DNA of 32,000 bases from Dickeya solani IPO 2222 (GCF_001644705.1 NZ_CP015137.1:780001-812000); one strand, 5' to 3'; shown: positions 1-10,324, counted from the stretch's first letter. The notes: a model not told the origin generated them from the letters alone. Made by a program: numbers and translations.

Positions 1-871
1 AGCCCGCCACCGATACCGGCACGGTTTCCGCATCGCTCAGGGCAATCTTGGTCTGTACGGCGGTATTGAGCAGCACCTGCTGCAATTGATGATCGTCACG
101 GGCCGTGATCCCGGCCTGCTCGCGAATCCACTCGACCAGCAGATGGTCGAAATCATCGCCGCCCAGCGCGGAGTCGCCGCCGGTGGCCAACACTTCAAAC
201 ACGCCGCGGCTAAGGCGCAGAATAGAGATATCGAAGGTGCCGCCGCCCAGATCGTACACGGCGATCACGCCTTCCTGACCCGAGTCCAGCCCGTAGGCAA
301 TCGCCGCCGCGGTAGGTTCGTTAAGCAACCGCAGCACATGCAGACCGGCCAGCCGGGCAGCGTCTTTGGTGCCCTGACGCTGGGCGTCGTCAAAATAGGC
401 CGGCACGGTGATCACCACCCCGTCAGGCAGCCCATTCAGCGCCGCTTCGGCACGCTGGGTCAGCGCCGTCAGGATATCGGCAGACACCTGGATCGGGTTG
501 CGCGGGCCAGCGGCGGTCTGCAGCACCGGCAGGCCGTTTTCACTGGCTTCAAACCGATAAGGCAAATGGGGATAACGCTGACGAATATCGGAGAGCGAGC
601 GCCCCATCAGCCGCTTGACGGAACTGACGGTATTTACCGGGTCGAGAGCCGCCTGCTGGCGAGCTTCCCAACCAACGGTCAGCCCGTCGGCATGATAGTG
701 GACGACAGACGGCAGCAGGTGGCGCCCATCATGATCGGCCAGTGTTTGCGTCTCGCCGCTACGGACGGTGGCAACCAGGGAATGGGTAGTCCCCAGATCA
801 ATCCCGACGGCCAGACGATGCTGATGCGGCGCCGCACTCAGCCCCGGCTCACTGATTTGTAATAAGGCCAT
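1..871 (-). CDS. hscA: Fe-S cluster Hsp70-type chaperone HscA, N-terminal part (gene runs off the left edge)
   Basis: Reverse-strand reading from the ATG at 871-869 gives [29 protein letters not shown], the canonical HscA N-terminus. It lies directly downstream of hscB, in isc operon order. The 86..862 + ORF in the track is its antisense shadow. Confidence 0.93.
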   Translation of the reverse strand, partial: MALLQISEPGLSAAPHQHRLAVGIDLGTTHSLVATVRSGETQTLADHDGRHLLPSVVHYHADGLTVGWEARQQAALDPVNTVSSVKRLMGRSLSDIRQRYPHLPYRFEASENGLPVLQTAAGPRNPIQVSADILTALTQRAEAALNGLPDGVVITVPAYFDDAQRQGTKDAARLAGLHVLRLLNEPTAAAIAYGLDSGQEGVIAVYDLGGGTFDISILRLSRGVFEVLATGGDSALGGDDFDHLLVEWIREQAGITARDDHQLQQVLLNTAVQTKIALSDAETVPVSVAG

Positions 872-948
872 ATTGAGCTTCCATCAATTGGCGGGCGGGC
901 AACCGAGCGGCCATACGGCCAACGGCGTCCCGCCGGATTGAATGTTAC

Positions 949-1467
949 TTATCGTTCCAGCAATTGTTCTTCGAGTTGTTCAACCTGCTGCCGGAGCCGA
1001 TCAAAAAAGCGCAGTTTACGTACCGTATCCGCCGCATCCGGCCAGGATTCCTCATCCAGCTCGCGCTGCATCCGCTCGCTGCGCTGACGGGTCATCCCTT
1101 TCAGGCGCTGTGCGAATGCCGCCAGCGCGGTTTCTGCATCCGGACGACGTTCAATCTCGTCCAGCTCTTCGCGCAGTTCCATCTGCTCCATCAGGAATGC
1201 GGTGTCATGAAGCGTATGCTGCTCGTTGCTTAAATCAAAACCGTGCAAAGATAACATATACTCCGCGCGTTTCAGCGGATGTTTCAGCGCCTGATAGGCA
1301 TTATTGATGGTCGCCGCCTGCTGTAACGCCATCATGCGTTCACGTTCCGGGCTGGCGGCGAAGCGATCGGGATGAAACTGGCGCTGCAGTTCCTGAAACC
1401 GGGAAGCAAGCAGGCTGCCATCCACGTTATAGCGAATCGGCAGCCCGAATAAAGTAAAGTAATCCAT
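949..1467 (-). CDS. hscB: Fe-S cluster J-domain co-chaperone HscB
   Basis: Track ORF is 949..1491. The protein [16 protein letters not shown]...QFHPDRF carries the J-domain HPD motif. I trimmed the start to the internal ATG at 1467, giving 172 aa beginning MDYFTLFGL, as I recall for E. coli HscB. Confidence 0.9.
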   Translation of the reverse strand: MDYFTLFGLPIRYNVDGSLLASRFQELQRQFHPDRFAASPERERMMALQQAATINNAYQALKHPLKRAEYMLSLHGFDLSNEQHTLHDTAFLMEQMELREELDEIERRPDAETALAAFAQRLKGMTRQRSERMQRELDEESWPDAADTVRKLRFFDRLRQQVEQLEEQLLER

Positions 1468-1564
1468 AGTGTGCTCTGAGTTCGCAGACAATCAATGCGC
1501 GCCCGCCGCTTTACATGCCGGAGCACACAAAGCGGCGGGAGTCGGTCAACAGGCCGACCGGCGG

Positions 1565-1888
1565 TCAGACATTAAAGCTTTCGCCACAACCGCACTCGCT
1601 GGAAACGTTAGGGTTATTGAATTTGAAGCCTTCGTTCAGCCCTTCCTTGACGAAATCCAGTTCGGTGCCATCAAGGTAGACCAGGCTTTTGCCATCAATA
1701 ATGACCTTCACGCCCTTGTCTTCAAACACCACATCATCGGTGTTCAGTTCATCAACAAATTCCAGCACATACGCCATACCGGAACAACCGGATGTTCTCA
1801 CACCCAGACGCAGGCCAACGCCTTTGCCACGATTGACCATAAAGGCATTAACACGTTGCGCAGCGCTGTCGCTCAGGGAAATCGACAT
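1565..1888 (-). CDS. iscA: Fe-S cluster A-type carrier IscA
   Basis: 107 aa with the C-terminal CGCGESF motif and an internal SGCSG. Position between iscU and hscB fits the operon. Confidence 0.95.
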   Translation of the reverse strand: MSISLSDSAAQRVNAFMVNRGKGVGLRLGVRTSGCSGMAYVLEFVDELNTDDVVFEDKGVKVIIDGKSLVYLDGTELDFVKEGLNEGFKFNNPNVSSECGCGESFNV

Positions 1889-1913
1889 AGCAAACCTCTA
1901 ATTCATCTGCCCG

Positions 1914-2300
1914 TTATTTGTCGCCGCGTTTGCTCTTGTAATCGGCGATGGCGGCCTTGATGGCGTCTTCAGCCAAAATCGAGCAGTGGATTTTCACCGG
2001 CGGCAGTTCCAGTTCTTCGGCGATCTGGGTGTTTTTAATGGATTCGGCTTCGTTCAAACTCTTGCCTTTCACCCACTCGGTCACCAGCGAGCTGGAGGCG
2101 ATAGCGGAACCGCAACCATAGGTTTTGAAGCGGGCATCTTCGATGATTCCCTGCTCATTCACCTTGATCTGCAGCTTCATGACGTCGCCGCAGGCCGGTG
2201 CGCCTACCATACCGCTGCCGATGCTCGGGTCTGACGAATCAAACGAGCCGACGTTGCGCGGATTTTCATAGTGATCAATTACTTTTTCGCTGTAAGCCAT
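1914..2300 (-). CDS. iscU: Fe-S cluster scaffold IscU
   Basis: 128 aa, MAYSEKVIDHYENPRNVG...GAPACGDVMKL...TYGCGSAIASSS...IHCSILAEDA, including the three conserved Cys and the LPPVK motif. Confidence 0.96.
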   Translation of the reverse strand: MAYSEKVIDHYENPRNVGSFDSSDPSIGSGMVGAPACGDVMKLQIKVNEQGIIEDARFKTYGCGSAIASSSLVTEWVKGKSLNEAESIKNTQIAEELELPPVKIHCSILAEDAIKAAIADYKSKRGDK

Positions 2301-2324
2301 AATATGCGTCCTGATTCCTGCGAA

Positions 2325-3539
2325 TTAATGATGCGCCCATTCGATGCTGCTGATATCCACGCCTTGCTTGAACATGTCCCACAGCGGAGACAAATCGCGC
2401 AGGCGACCGATGGATTTGCGAACCAGATCGATGGTGTAGTCAATTTCTTCTTCGGTGGTGAAGCGACCCAGTGAGAAACGGATGGAACTGTGCGCCAGCT
2501 CATCGTTCATCCCCAGCGCGCGCAGCACATAGGAAGGTTCCAGGCTGGCGGAAGTACAGGCCGAGCCGGAAGACACCGCCAGATCTTTCAACGCCATAAT
2601 CAGCGATTCACCTTCCACGTAGTTGAAGCTGACGTTCAGGATATTTGGCGCGCCCTGTTCCAGGTCGCCGTTCAGGTACACTTCCTCGATATCGTTGATA
2701 CCGTTCCACAGGCGATCGCGCAGGCTACGCAGACGTGCCGCTTCTTGCGCCATTTCTTCTTTGGCGATGCGGTAAGCTTCACCCATGCCCACGATCTGGT
2801 GTACCGGCAGGGTGCCGGAGCGCATGCCGCGCTCGTGGCCGCCGCCGTGCATCTGCGCTTCGATGCGCACACGCGGCTTGCGACGCACATACAGCGCGCC
2901 GATCCCTTTTGGGCCGTAAATCTTGTGGCCGGAGAAGGACATCAGGTCGACTTTCAGCTTGCTGAGGTCGATCGGCAGTTTGCCCACGCTCTGGGTTGCG
3001 TCGACATGGAAAATGATGCCGCGACTACGGCACATTTCGCCGATGGTGGCGATATCCTGCACCACGCCGATTTCGTTGTTCACATGCATAATGGACACCA
3101 CGATGGTGTCATCGCGCATGGCGGCTTCCAGCTCTTTCAGATCGATGATGCCGTTACGCTGCGGCGCCAGGTAAGTCACTTCAAACCCTTCGCGCTCCAG
3201 CTGGCGGCAGGTATCCAGCACGGCTTTATGTTCCGTCTTGCTGGTAATGATGTGCTTGCCTTTCTTCTGGTAGAAGTTCGCCGCGCCCTTGATAGCCAGG
3301 TTGTCGGACTCGGTGGCACCGGAAGTAAAAACGATCTCGCGCGGATCCGCGCCGACCAGTTCGGCAATCTGGTTACGGGCGATATCCACCGCCTCTTCCG
3401 CCTGCCAACCAAAGCGGTGGGAGCGGGAGGCGGGGTTGCCGAACGTGCCGTCTAGGGTCAGAAACTGCATCATTTTTTCAGCCACGCGCGGATCAACCGG
3501 TGTTGTGGCGGAGTAATCCAGATAAATCGGTAACTTCAT
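2325..3539 (-). CDS. iscS: Cysteine desulfurase IscS (PLP-dependent)
   Basis: 404 aa, [19 protein letters not shown]...[12 protein letters not shown] (PLP lysine)...[17 protein letters not shown] (active-site Cys loop). Confidence 0.97.
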   Translation of the reverse strand: MKLPIYLDYSATTPVDPRVAEKMMQFLTLDGTFGNPASRSHRFGWQAEEAVDIARNQIAELVGADPREIVFTSGATESDNLAIKGAANFYQKKGKHIITSKTEHKAVLDTCRQLEREGFEVTYLAPQRNGIIDLKELEAAMRDDTIVVSIMHVNNEIGVVQDIATIGEMCRSRGIIFHVDATQSVGKLPIDLSKLKVDLMSFSGHKIYGPKGIGALYVRRKPRVRIEAQMHGGGHERGMRSGTLPVHQIVGMGEAYRIAKEEMAQEAARLRSLRDRLWNGINDIEEVYLNGDLEQGAPNILNVSFNYVEGESLIMALKDLAVSSGSACTSASLEPSYVLRALGMNDELAHSSIRFSLGRFTTEEEIDYTIDLVRKSIGRLRDLSPLWDMFKQGVDISSIEWAHH

Positions 3540-3597
3540 TGCTCTTAAACTCCGTACATCACTTCAAAACGTTCAAGGCGTTTTGTTCTTTTTTTTT

Positions 3598-4092
3598 TCA
3601 GGCACGCAAGTTGACGTTGATGGTTTCTTGTATGCGTCCGTTAGCGGTACGACGCACGTCAGCATCCTGACGATCCGCGACGTCCAGAATCTCTTTGTTA
3701 TTAACCAGTTCATCCAGGGAGATGTTGTTGAGGAACTCGCTGATGCGGTCGCTCAGATCGCGCCACAGCGTATGGGTCAGACAGCGATCGCCGCCCTGAC
3801 ACCCTTCTTTCCCCTGGCAGCGCGTGGCGTCCACGGACTCATCCACGGCGGAGATAACCGAACCGACAGCGATTTCGGCGGCATGTTTACCCAACAAATA
3901 GCCGCCACCCGGGCCACGCACGCTGGCAACCAATCCATGCTTGCGCAGGCGGGAAAACAGCTGTTCCAGATAAGAAAGCGAAATACCCTGACGTTCAGAG
4001 ATGTCAGCCAGTGGAACGGGACCTTCTTTTGAATGCAGCGCCACATCGAGCATGGCGGTAACGGCGTAGCGGCCTTTAGATGTCAGTCTCAT
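3598..4092 (-). CDS. iscR: Rrf2-family [2Fe-2S] transcriptional regulator IscR
   Basis: 164 aa, [19 protein letters not shown]..., with the Cys cluster [13 protein letters not shown] and a downstream His. It is the first gene of the isc operon. Confidence 0.95.
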   Translation of the reverse strand: MRLTSKGRYAVTAMLDVALHSKEGPVPLADISERQGISLSYLEQLFSRLRKHGLVASVRGPGGGYLLGKHAAEIAVGSVISAVDESVDATRCQGKEGCQGGDRCLTHTLWRDLSDRISEFLNNISLDELVNNKEILDVADRQDADVRRTANGRIQETINVNLRA

Positions 4093-4127
4093 GTTAGTGG
4101 TATCCGTAAGATAAACATGTATTATTA

Positions 4128-4200
4128 AGACAAGTATTGTGAGTCAAGTATACATAGCACTGTCATGAGTCTGGCATTCCCGAGTGTTTCAGTCAACTAT
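4128..4200 (-). promoter_or_regulatory. iscR promoter region with IscR type-1-like autoregulatory sites
   Basis: Reverse strand reads ATAGTTGACTGAAACACTCGGGAAT (4200..4176). This closely resembles the E. coli iscR site A as I recall it (ATAGTTGACCAATTTACTCGGGAAT). A second, weaker copy is ATACTTGACTCACAATACTTGTCTT (4152..4128). Confidence 0.6.
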
Positions 4201-4217
4201 TTAACCGAGTAAATAAC

Positions 4218-4967
4218 TCAACTATTGTCCTGCGGCTTGTCTGGCGACGAGGTTGTCTTGGTGATGGCGCTCAGAATGCCGCGCAAGATATTGAGTTCCT
4301 GAGTTTCCGGACGGGCGCGGGTAAACAACCGGCGCAACTTGTTCATCACCTGCCCCTGATGCGGCTGGCGAATAAAGCCGGTGTGCAGCAACGTCTCTTC
4401 CAGATGCTGATAAAAACGTTCCAGATCATCCACCAACGGGTACGGACTCTCCTCATGCGCCGGCTCGCCCTGCTGCTGACTGTCCAGCCAGGCGACGCGA
4501 ACCTCATAGGACAGGATCTGTACCGCCATCGCCAGATTGAGCGAGCTGTACTCTGGATTGGCGGGGATCGCCACATGGTAGTGGCATTTCTGCAACTCCT
4601 CATTCGTCAGCCCCACGCGCTCACGGCCGAACACAATCGCCACCGGCGCGTGCTGCGCTTCCTGAATGCTGCGCACGCCACACTCGCGCGGCTCCAGCAT
4701 CGGCCAGGGCAAAGTACGGGAACGGGCGCTGGTGCCTACAACCAGACCACAGCCTTCCAGCGCCTGATCGAGCGTATCAACGATGGTGGCGCTGCCAATG
4801 ACATCACTGGCGCCGGCAGATAACGAAATGGCCTGCGAATCGGGTTTGACCAGAGGATTAACCAGCCAGAGATTGGTCAACCCCATGGTTTTCATAGCCC
4901 TGGCCGTTGACCCCATATTGCCGGTGTGTGAAGTTTCCACCAGCACAATGCGTATATTCTGTAACAT
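4218..4967 (-). CDS. trmJ: tRNA (cytidine/uridine-2'-O)-methyltransferase TrmJ (SpoU family)
   Basis: 249 aa, [37 protein letters not shown]..., near-colinear with E. coli TrmJ (YfhQ). It keeps the conserved position upstream of iscR. Confidence 0.92.
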   Translation of the reverse strand: MLQNIRIVLVETSHTGNMGSTARAMKTMGLTNLWLVNPLVKPDSQAISLSAGASDVIGSATIVDTLDQALEGCGLVVGTSARSRTLPWPMLEPRECGVRSIQEAQHAPVAIVFGRERVGLTNEELQKCHYHVAIPANPEYSSLNLAMAVQILSYEVRVAWLDSQQQGEPAHEESPYPLVDDLERFYQHLEETLLHTGFIRQPHQGQVMNKLRRLFTRARPETQELNILRGILSAITKTTSSPDKPQDNS

Positions 4968-5093
4968 GCGGACTCTGTTATATGAAACGAAAACCGGCGT
5001 ATGTTAACACAAACTTCTCTGTTTTCTCTTTCTCCCGCTATCTGCTATACTCCGCGCCGTTTTCTGTTCTTTAACATTCTTGTGGACGATACC

Positions 5094-5897
5094 ATGCATC
5101 CGATGCTTAACATCGCCGTGCGCGCAGCGCGCAAAGGCGGTAACCTGATAGCTAAAAACTATGAAACGCCTGACGCCGTCGAGGCCAGTCAGAAAGGCAG
5201 TAATGATTTTGTCACCAACGTTGACCACGATGCAGAACGCCTGATTATCGAGGTCATCCGCAAAGCCTACCCGCAGCACACCATTATTGGTGAAGAATGT
5301 GGTGAACTGGTTGGCGAAGATCAGGACGTGCAATGGATTATCGATCCCCTGGATGGCACTACCAATTTCATCAAACGTCTCCCCCATTTTGCCGTTTCCA
5401 TCGCCGTTCGCGTTAAAGGCCGCACCGAAGTGGCCGTTGTCTACGATCCGATGCGTAACGAGCTGTTCACCGCCACCCGCGGTCAGGGCACCCAGTTGAA
5501 CGGCTACCGTCTGCGCGGCAGCAATGCCCGCGATCTGGACGGCACCATTCTCGCGACCGGTTTCCCGTTCAAGCACAAACAGCACAGCGCCAGCTACCTG
5601 CGCGTTCTGGAAGCGCTGTTCGGTCAGTGCGCCGACTTCCGCCGTACCGGCTCTGCCGCGCTCGACCTGGCCTATGTGGCGGCCGGCCGTGTGGATGGGT
5701 TCTTCGAAATCGGTCTGAAACCGTGGGACTTCGCCGGCGGTGAACTGCTGGTGCGTGAAGCCGGCGGCATCATTACCGACTTCATCGGTGGTCACAACTA
5801 CCTCGCTTCCGGCAACATTGTCGCCGGTAATCCGCGTGTGGTGAAATCTCTGCTGTCTACCATCCGCGATCAACTGAGCGACGCGCTCAAGCGCTAA
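5094..5897 (+). CDS. suhB: Inositol-1-monophosphatase family protein SuhB
   Basis: Track ORF starts at 5001. I place the start at the ATG at 5094 (MHPMLNIAVRAARKGG), giving 267 aa, the same length as E. coli SuhB. The motifs WIIDPLDGTTNF and a GEE-type metal site are present. Confidence 0.93.
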   Translation: MHPMLNIAVRAARKGGNLIAKNYETPDAVEASQKGSNDFVTNVDHDAERLIIEVIRKAYPQHTIIGEECGELVGEDQDVQWIIDPLDGTTNFIKRLPHFAVSIAVRVKGRTEVAVVYDPMRNELFTATRGQGTQLNGYRLRGSNARDLDGTILATGFPFKHKQHSASYLRVLEALFGQCADFRRTGSAALDLAYVAAGRVDGFFEIGLKPWDFAGGELLVREAGGIITDFIGGHNYLASGNIVAGNPRVVKSLLSTIRDQLSDALKR

Positions 5898-5907
5898 TCC
5901 GTCCTGT

Positions 5908-5945
5908 GGGCATGTCGTCAGGCATGCCCTTGCTGTTATTTTTCT
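5908..5945 (+). terminator. Putative rho-independent terminator of suhB
   Basis: Hairpin GGGCATG-tcgtcag-(g)CATGCCC, followed by the T-rich run TTGCTGTTATTTTTC. Confidence 0.55.
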
Positions 5946-5979
5946 TTACAACTCAGCCCTGTTGAGTGAAAGTTTAAGC

Positions 5980-5998
5980 TTATATGATAATAATTATT
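5980..5998. promoter_or_regulatory. Fur box upstream of the ABC importer operon
   Basis: TTATATGATAATAATTATT matches the 19-bp Fur consensus GATAATGATAATCATTATC at about 13/19 (core TGATAATAATTATT is 12/14). It lies about 60 bp upstream of the 6061 start. Confidence 0.6.
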
Positions 5999-6060
5999 AA
6001 ACTCATTCATTTACTTCGGGGATAACCCCCGTCAAGCAGTGGTTAATCACAGGAAAAATC

Positions 6061-7185
6061 ATGCTAAAAAAATCATGGCGCCCACTTTTACTCGCTACCA
6101 CACTCACAACCGCCTTCGCCAGCTTCGCCACCCAGTATCCTCTCACTGTTACTGATATCGACGGACAAAACGTTACCATCAAGCAGGAGCCGCAGCGCCT
6201 TGTGCTGCAGGACGGCCGCGATATTATGTCCATGGCGCTGCTGGATCGCGATAACCCGTTTGGCCGGCTGGTCGCCTGGAACAATTTGCCGAAAAAACAG
6301 GACTCCGCCACCTGGGACCTGCTGAAAGGCAAATGGCCGCAGTCTGAAAGCATTCTGGACATGGGTTTCAGCGACAAGGGTGAAGTGGAACTGGAAAGTA
6401 TTCTGGCCAAAAAACCGGACCTGATGATTGCCCAGTTGCGTGCTAAACCGGCGCTGATGGAAAATGGCGTGATCGGCAAACTGAACGCGCTGCACATTCC
6501 GCTGGTGTTTGTGGATTATGAAATCAATCCGGCCAAAAATACCGCATCCAGCATCGACCTGCTGGGCAAAGTGCTGAACCGTGAAGAAAACGCCAAAGCG
6601 TATACCGATTTTTACCGCCAGCACTTTGACAACATCCAAAAAGTGACCGCGGGCATCACCACCAAGCCCAACGTGTTCATTGAGCCTATCGCCGGCAACA
6701 CCGACGCCTGCTGCTTCACCCATGCCCACAACGGCTGGGGTGGCCTGCTGGAAGCCATCGGCGCGAAAAACATCGGTTCCGGATTGTTACCGGGCGCATC
6801 CGGTTTTGTCTCACTGGAAAAAGTAATCAGCGAAAAACCTGATACCTACATCATGACCGGCTCCAAACGCGGCAACGGCACCAGCAAGATTCTGCCGTTC
6901 GGGTATGGCGCCAGCGACAGCGATATTCAGGATAAAGCCAAAGCGCTGCTGAGCCGCACCGGCGTCGACCAGATTCCCGCCATTAAAGCCGGTCAGGTTT
7001 ACGGCGTATACCATCATTTCTATAACCATCCGTACAATATCGTCGGCATGGAATATCTGGCCAAAGCGGTGTATCCGAAGCAGTTCAGCACGCTGAACCC
7101 GGACGATACCTATCACTATATTGTTCGCCATTTTACCACCCTGCCTGACAACAACTTTGTGTTTGCCCGCAAACTGGCCGAGTAA
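6061..7185 (+). CDS. Periplasmic substrate-binding protein of an iron-chelate-type (class III, Peripla_BP_2-like) ABC importer
   Basis: 374 aa with an N-terminal signal peptide (MLKKSWRPLLLATTLTTAFASFA). It sits immediately upstream of a FecCD-type permease and an ATPase and is preceded by a Fur box. It is paralogous to the 9203..10324 protein. Confidence 0.8.
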   Translation: MLKKSWRPLLLATTLTTAFASFATQYPLTVTDIDGQNVTIKQEPQRLVLQDGRDIMSMALLDRDNPFGRLVAWNNLPKKQDSATWDLLKGKWPQSESILDMGFSDKGEVELESILAKKPDLMIAQLRAKPALMENGVIGKLNALHIPLVFVDYEINPAKNTASSIDLLGKVLNREENAKAYTDFYRQHFDNIQKVTAGITTKPNVFIEPIAGNTDACCFTHAHNGWGGLLEAIGAKNIGSGLLPGASGFVSLEKVISEKPDTYIMTGSKRGNGTSKILPFGYGASDSDIQDKAKALLSRTGVDQIPAIKAGQVYGVYHHFYNHPYNIVGMEYLAKAVYPKQFSTLNPDDTYHYIVRHFTTLPDNNFVFARKLAE

Positions 7186-7188
7186 TCC

Positions 7189-8271
7189 ATGAGTGTAACC
7201 ACCGAATCCCCTATCAGCCGTGTCAGCACGGCTGAAAACAGCGCGCTAATCCATTATCGGCATATCATCCGCCATCGGCTGGCGGTGATGGCGGTACTGG
7301 TCGTCGCGATTGTCGCCTCCCTGCTGCTGGACTTTGTGCTCGGTCCTTCCGGCCTGCCGCTGGATGTGCTGTGGCAGACGTTGACCGACCCTGCCAACGC
7401 AGACGCCGGCAGTCGCGTCATCGTCTGGGACATCCGCTTGCCGTATGCGCTGATGGCGGTGGTGGTCGGTCTGGCGCTGGGGCTGGCGGGCGCCGAGATG
7501 CAAACCATCCTGAACAACCCGCTGGCCAGTCCGTTTACGCTGGGCGTGTCCTCCGCGGCGGCATTCGGCGCGGCGCTGGCGATCGTATTGGGGGTCGGTA
7601 TTCCGGGTGTTCCGGCGCAGTGGTTCATTTCAGCCAACGCCTTTCTGTTCGCGCTGCTGGCGGCGTTACTGCTCGACGGCATTACCCGCTGGACCAAGGT
7701 AGCGACATCCGGCGTGGTGCTGTTCGGGATCGCGCTGGTGTTCACCTTTAACGCGCTGGTGTCCATCCTGCAGTTCATCGCCAATGAAGATACCCTGCAA
7801 GGGCTGGTGTTCTGGACCATGGGCAGTCTGGCGCGATCATCTTGGGAAAAACTCGGCATTTTGCTGCTGGTGCTGGCTATCGTGATGCCATTGTCCATGT
7901 TGAGTTCATGGAAGCTGACCGCGTTGCGTTTGGGCGAGGATCGCGCCATCAGCTTCGGCATCAACGTGCGCCGTCTGCGTCTGGCCACGCTGCTGCGCAT
8001 CAGCTTCCTGTCGGCGCTATCGGTGGCGTTTGTCGGGCCGATTGGCTTCATCGGTCTGGTGGCGCCGCATATTGCCCGCATGGTTTTCGGCGAGGATCAC
8101 CGCTTCTACCTGCCGGCCAGCGCCCTGACCGGCGCGCTGGTGTTGTCGCTGGCGTCCGTTGTGTCTAAAAACCTGCTGCCGGGCGTCATCATTCCGGTCG
8201 GGATTGTCACCTCACTGGTGGGGGTTCCTTTCTTCCTCAGCATCATTCTGCGTAACCGGGGGAATGTATGA
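7189..8271 (+). CDS. FecCD/BtuC-family ABC importer permease
   Basis: 360 aa and highly hydrophobic, with about 9-10 predicted TM segments. The C-terminal pattern G.IGF.GL..PH..R......H is typical of FecCD permeases. Its start is 4 nt after the upstream stop. Confidence 0.88.
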   Translation: MSVTTESPISRVSTAENSALIHYRHIIRHRLAVMAVLVVAIVASLLLDFVLGPSGLPLDVLWQTLTDPANADAGSRVIVWDIRLPYALMAVVVGLALGLAGAEMQTILNNPLASPFTLGVSSAAAFGAALAIVLGVGIPGVPAQWFISANAFLFALLAALLLDGITRWTKVATSGVVLFGIALVFTFNALVSILQFIANEDTLQGLVFWTMGSLARSSWEKLGILLLVLAIVMPLSMLSSWKLTALRLGEDRAISFGINVRRLRLATLLRISFLSALSVAFVGPIGFIGLVAPHIARMVFGEDHRFYLPASALTGALVLSLASVVSKNLLPGVIIPVGIVTSLVGVPFFLSIILRNRGNV

Positions 8272-9059
8272 GTCACAACGGACTGGCGATTTCCCATTTT
8301 TCGGCGGGCTACCCCAAACGAACCGTCATTAACGATCTGTCGGTTCCGCTGCTGCCGCGCGGCAAGATCACCGTGCTGCTGGGGCCTAACGGCAGCGGCA
8401 AATCGACGCTGCTGCGCGCGCTGGCCGGGCTGGGACAGGCGCAGGGCGACATGCTGCTGGATGACGTCAATGTGATGCAGTTGCCGTTCGCCAAAAGAGC
8501 GGAAAAAGTGGTGTATCTGCCGCAATCGTTGCCTGCTGGCGTGCATCTGCACGTGCTGGAATCGATTATCGTCGCCCAGCGCGCGTCCGGCGGGTTGCAT
8601 CACAGCAGCAACGAAGACGAGGTGCTGACGCTGCTCAGGCAGTTGGGCATTTCGCATCTGGCGATGAGCTATCTGGACCAGCTTTCCGGCGGTCAGAAAC
8701 AGCTGGTCGGGTTGGCGCAGTCGCTTATCCGTCAGCCTTCGCTGCTGTTGTTGGATGAACCGCTCAGCGCGCTCGACCTCAACTACCAGTTCCACGTGAT
8801 GGATCTGGTCCGTCAGGAAACCCGCAAGCGCAATATCGTGACGGTAGTGGTGGTGCATGATATCAACATCGCGCTGCGTCATGGCGACCACGTGCTGATG
8901 CTCAAAGACGGCAAGCTGATCGCCGATGGCGAACCAGCCGAAGTGATCAGTGAAGAGAGCCTGGCGCAGGTGTACGGCGTTCGCGGCCGTATCGAACGCT
9001 GCTCTCGCGGTATTCCGCAGGTGATGATTGACGGGCTGGTGGCCGAACCGACGCTGTAA
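8268..9059 (+). CDS. ABC importer ATP-binding protein (FecE/FepC-like)
   Basis: 263 aa with Walker A GPNGSGKST, signature LSGGQKQ, Walker B LLLLDEP and an H-loop VVVVHD. Its start overlaps the permease stop (ATGA), which suggests translational coupling. Confidence 0.92.
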   Translation: MSHNGLAISHFSAGYPKRTVINDLSVPLLPRGKITVLLGPNGSGKSTLLRALAGLGQAQGDMLLDDVNVMQLPFAKRAEKVVYLPQSLPAGVHLHVLESIIVAQRASGGLHHSSNEDEVLTLLRQLGISHLAMSYLDQLSGGQKQLVGLAQSLIRQPSLLLLDEPLSALDLNYQFHVMDLVRQETRKRNIVTVVVVHDINIALRHGDHVLMLKDGKLIADGEPAEVISEESLAQVYGVRGRIERCSRGIPQVMIDGLVAEPTL

Positions 9060-9086
9060 ATCAGGCTTGCCACGCAACACATAAAG

Positions 9087-9124
9087 AAACGCCCCGGTCA
9101 TGCAGATGAACGGGGCGTTTTTTA
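9087..9124. terminator. Bidirectional rho-independent terminator between convergent genes
   Basis: A 10-bp stem AAACGCCCCG / CGGGGCGTTT is followed by TTTT on the + strand and by a T-rich run on the - strand. It lies between the ATPase stop (9059) and the convergent binding-protein stop (9203). Confidence 0.75.
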
Positions 9125-9202
9125 TTCACATTGGGTTATTCACGTTTGCTTATTGACGCGCTGTGGCAGTCAGCCGCCCGACAAAGGCAGCATCATAGCG
9201 TG

Positions 9203-10324
9203 TCAGGATTTCGCCGGCAGCGTCACCCAATAACCCGGCTGATAAGGCAGCGGCAGGAATTTCTCATGGAAGGTACGGAAGGTGGCATCCGGATCGATAT
9301 CTTTGAACAAATCCGGGTGCAGCCACTTCGCCATCACCTGAATCGCCACAAACTGATACGGGCTGTCATAGAACTGGTGCCAGATAGCATGCGCCTTGCC
9401 GTTGGTGGCAACCGGCAGGGTTTTGAATGCGGAGCGTTCCATCAGCTTCTGCAAGCGCTGCAGCGCCTGTTGCTGGTCGGCCCCCGGCCCTACGCCAACC
9501 CAGCCATTGGCGGTGTTGTAGTTCTTCCAGTTGGCGCCGGTAACGATCACCACGTCCGGGCGCGCGCTGATGATCTGCTCCGGGTTCAGGGTGCCGAAAG
9601 TGCCGGGGATAATCCCCTTGGCAATGTTGATGCCGCCTGCGGCTTCCACCATTTTCCCGAAGTTTTCATTGCCGAATGACATGCAGCACTCTTCGTCATA
9701 GCCACCGGCGCGGTCGATCATCACTTTCGGACGCGGCCCCTGATAGTTCTTCAGGCGCTCGAGCACGATATCAATCTGCTGGCGACGGAACTGAACGATC
9801 TCTTCGGCGCGAGCCGGTTTACCCAGCAGTTGGCCCATGATGCGAATGCTTTTCTCGGCGTTTTCAAACGGCTTTTCGCGGAAGTCGATAAACACCACCG
9901 GAATACCCAGACCGCTGAGTTTTTCAATCAGCTTGGCCTCATCGGTAGCCGCTTTCGCTTCCAGGTTCATCAGCACCAGATCCGGCTTCAGGTTCACCGC
10001 CTGTTCAACGTTGAAAGTGCCGTCTTTGGCGCCGCCGAAGGTCGGCAATTGCTTAATCTGCGGATATTTATGTTCATAGGCCTGGTAGCCGTCGTAGTCG
10101 GCTTTCGGCAAGTCGTCACGCCAGCCGACCACGCGCTGGAACGGCGCGTCGGTATCAAACGCTGCCAGCAGATAAATCTGCCGCCCTTCCCCCAAAATGA
10201 CCCGTTTAACTTCAGACTTGATCTCAACTTTTCTGCCGCTAACGTCTTCCACCACAATGGGAGCAGCCCTGACTGCCGAAACCAGCCCCAACACCATGCC
10301 AACGGCACACAACCACTTTTTCAT
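9203..10324 (-). CDS. Second, monocistronic periplasmic substrate-binding protein (paralog of 6061..7185)
   Basis: 373 aa with signal peptide MKKWLCAVGMVLGLVSAVRA. By eye it aligns end to end with the 374-aa binding protein, sharing KPDL, IP.VF.D and the vicinal CC followed by G..G. It has its own Fur box. Confidence 0.8.
   Translation of the reverse strand: MKKWLCAVGMVLGLVSAVRAAPIVVEDVSGRKVEIKSEVKRVILGEGRQIYLLAAFDTDAPFQRVVGWRDDLPKADYDGYQAYEHKYPQIKQLPTFGGAKDGTFNVEQAVNLKPDLVLMNLEAKAATDEAKLIEKLSGLGIPVVFIDFREKPFENAEKSIRIMGQLLGKPARAEEIVQFRRQQIDIVLERLKNYQGPRPKVMIDRAGGYDEECCMSFGNENFGKMVEAAGGINIAKGIIPGTFGTLNPEQIISARPDVVIVTGANWKNYNTANGWVGVGPGADQQQALQRLQKLMERSAFKTLPVATNGKAHAIWHQFYDSPYQFVAIQVMAKWLHPDLFKDIDPDATFRTFHEKFLPLPYQPGYWVTLPAKS

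Noticed and set aside
86-862. 258-aa + strand ORF at the left edge
   Set aside because: It lies exactly opposite the hscA N-terminal coding sequence, which reads perfectly as HscA on the - strand. Its Arg/Gly/Gln-rich, low-complexity composition is typical of an antisense shadow ORF.
2490-3455. 321-aa + strand ORF
   Set aside because: It is antisense to iscS, which is unambiguous. It has no start context or recognisable motifs.
5004-5873. 289-aa - strand ORF
   Set aside because: It is antisense to suhB and has no recognisable domain.
8106-9101. 331-aa - strand ORF
   Set aside because: It is antisense to the ABC ATPase gene, whose Walker A, Walker B and signature motifs are clear on the + strand.
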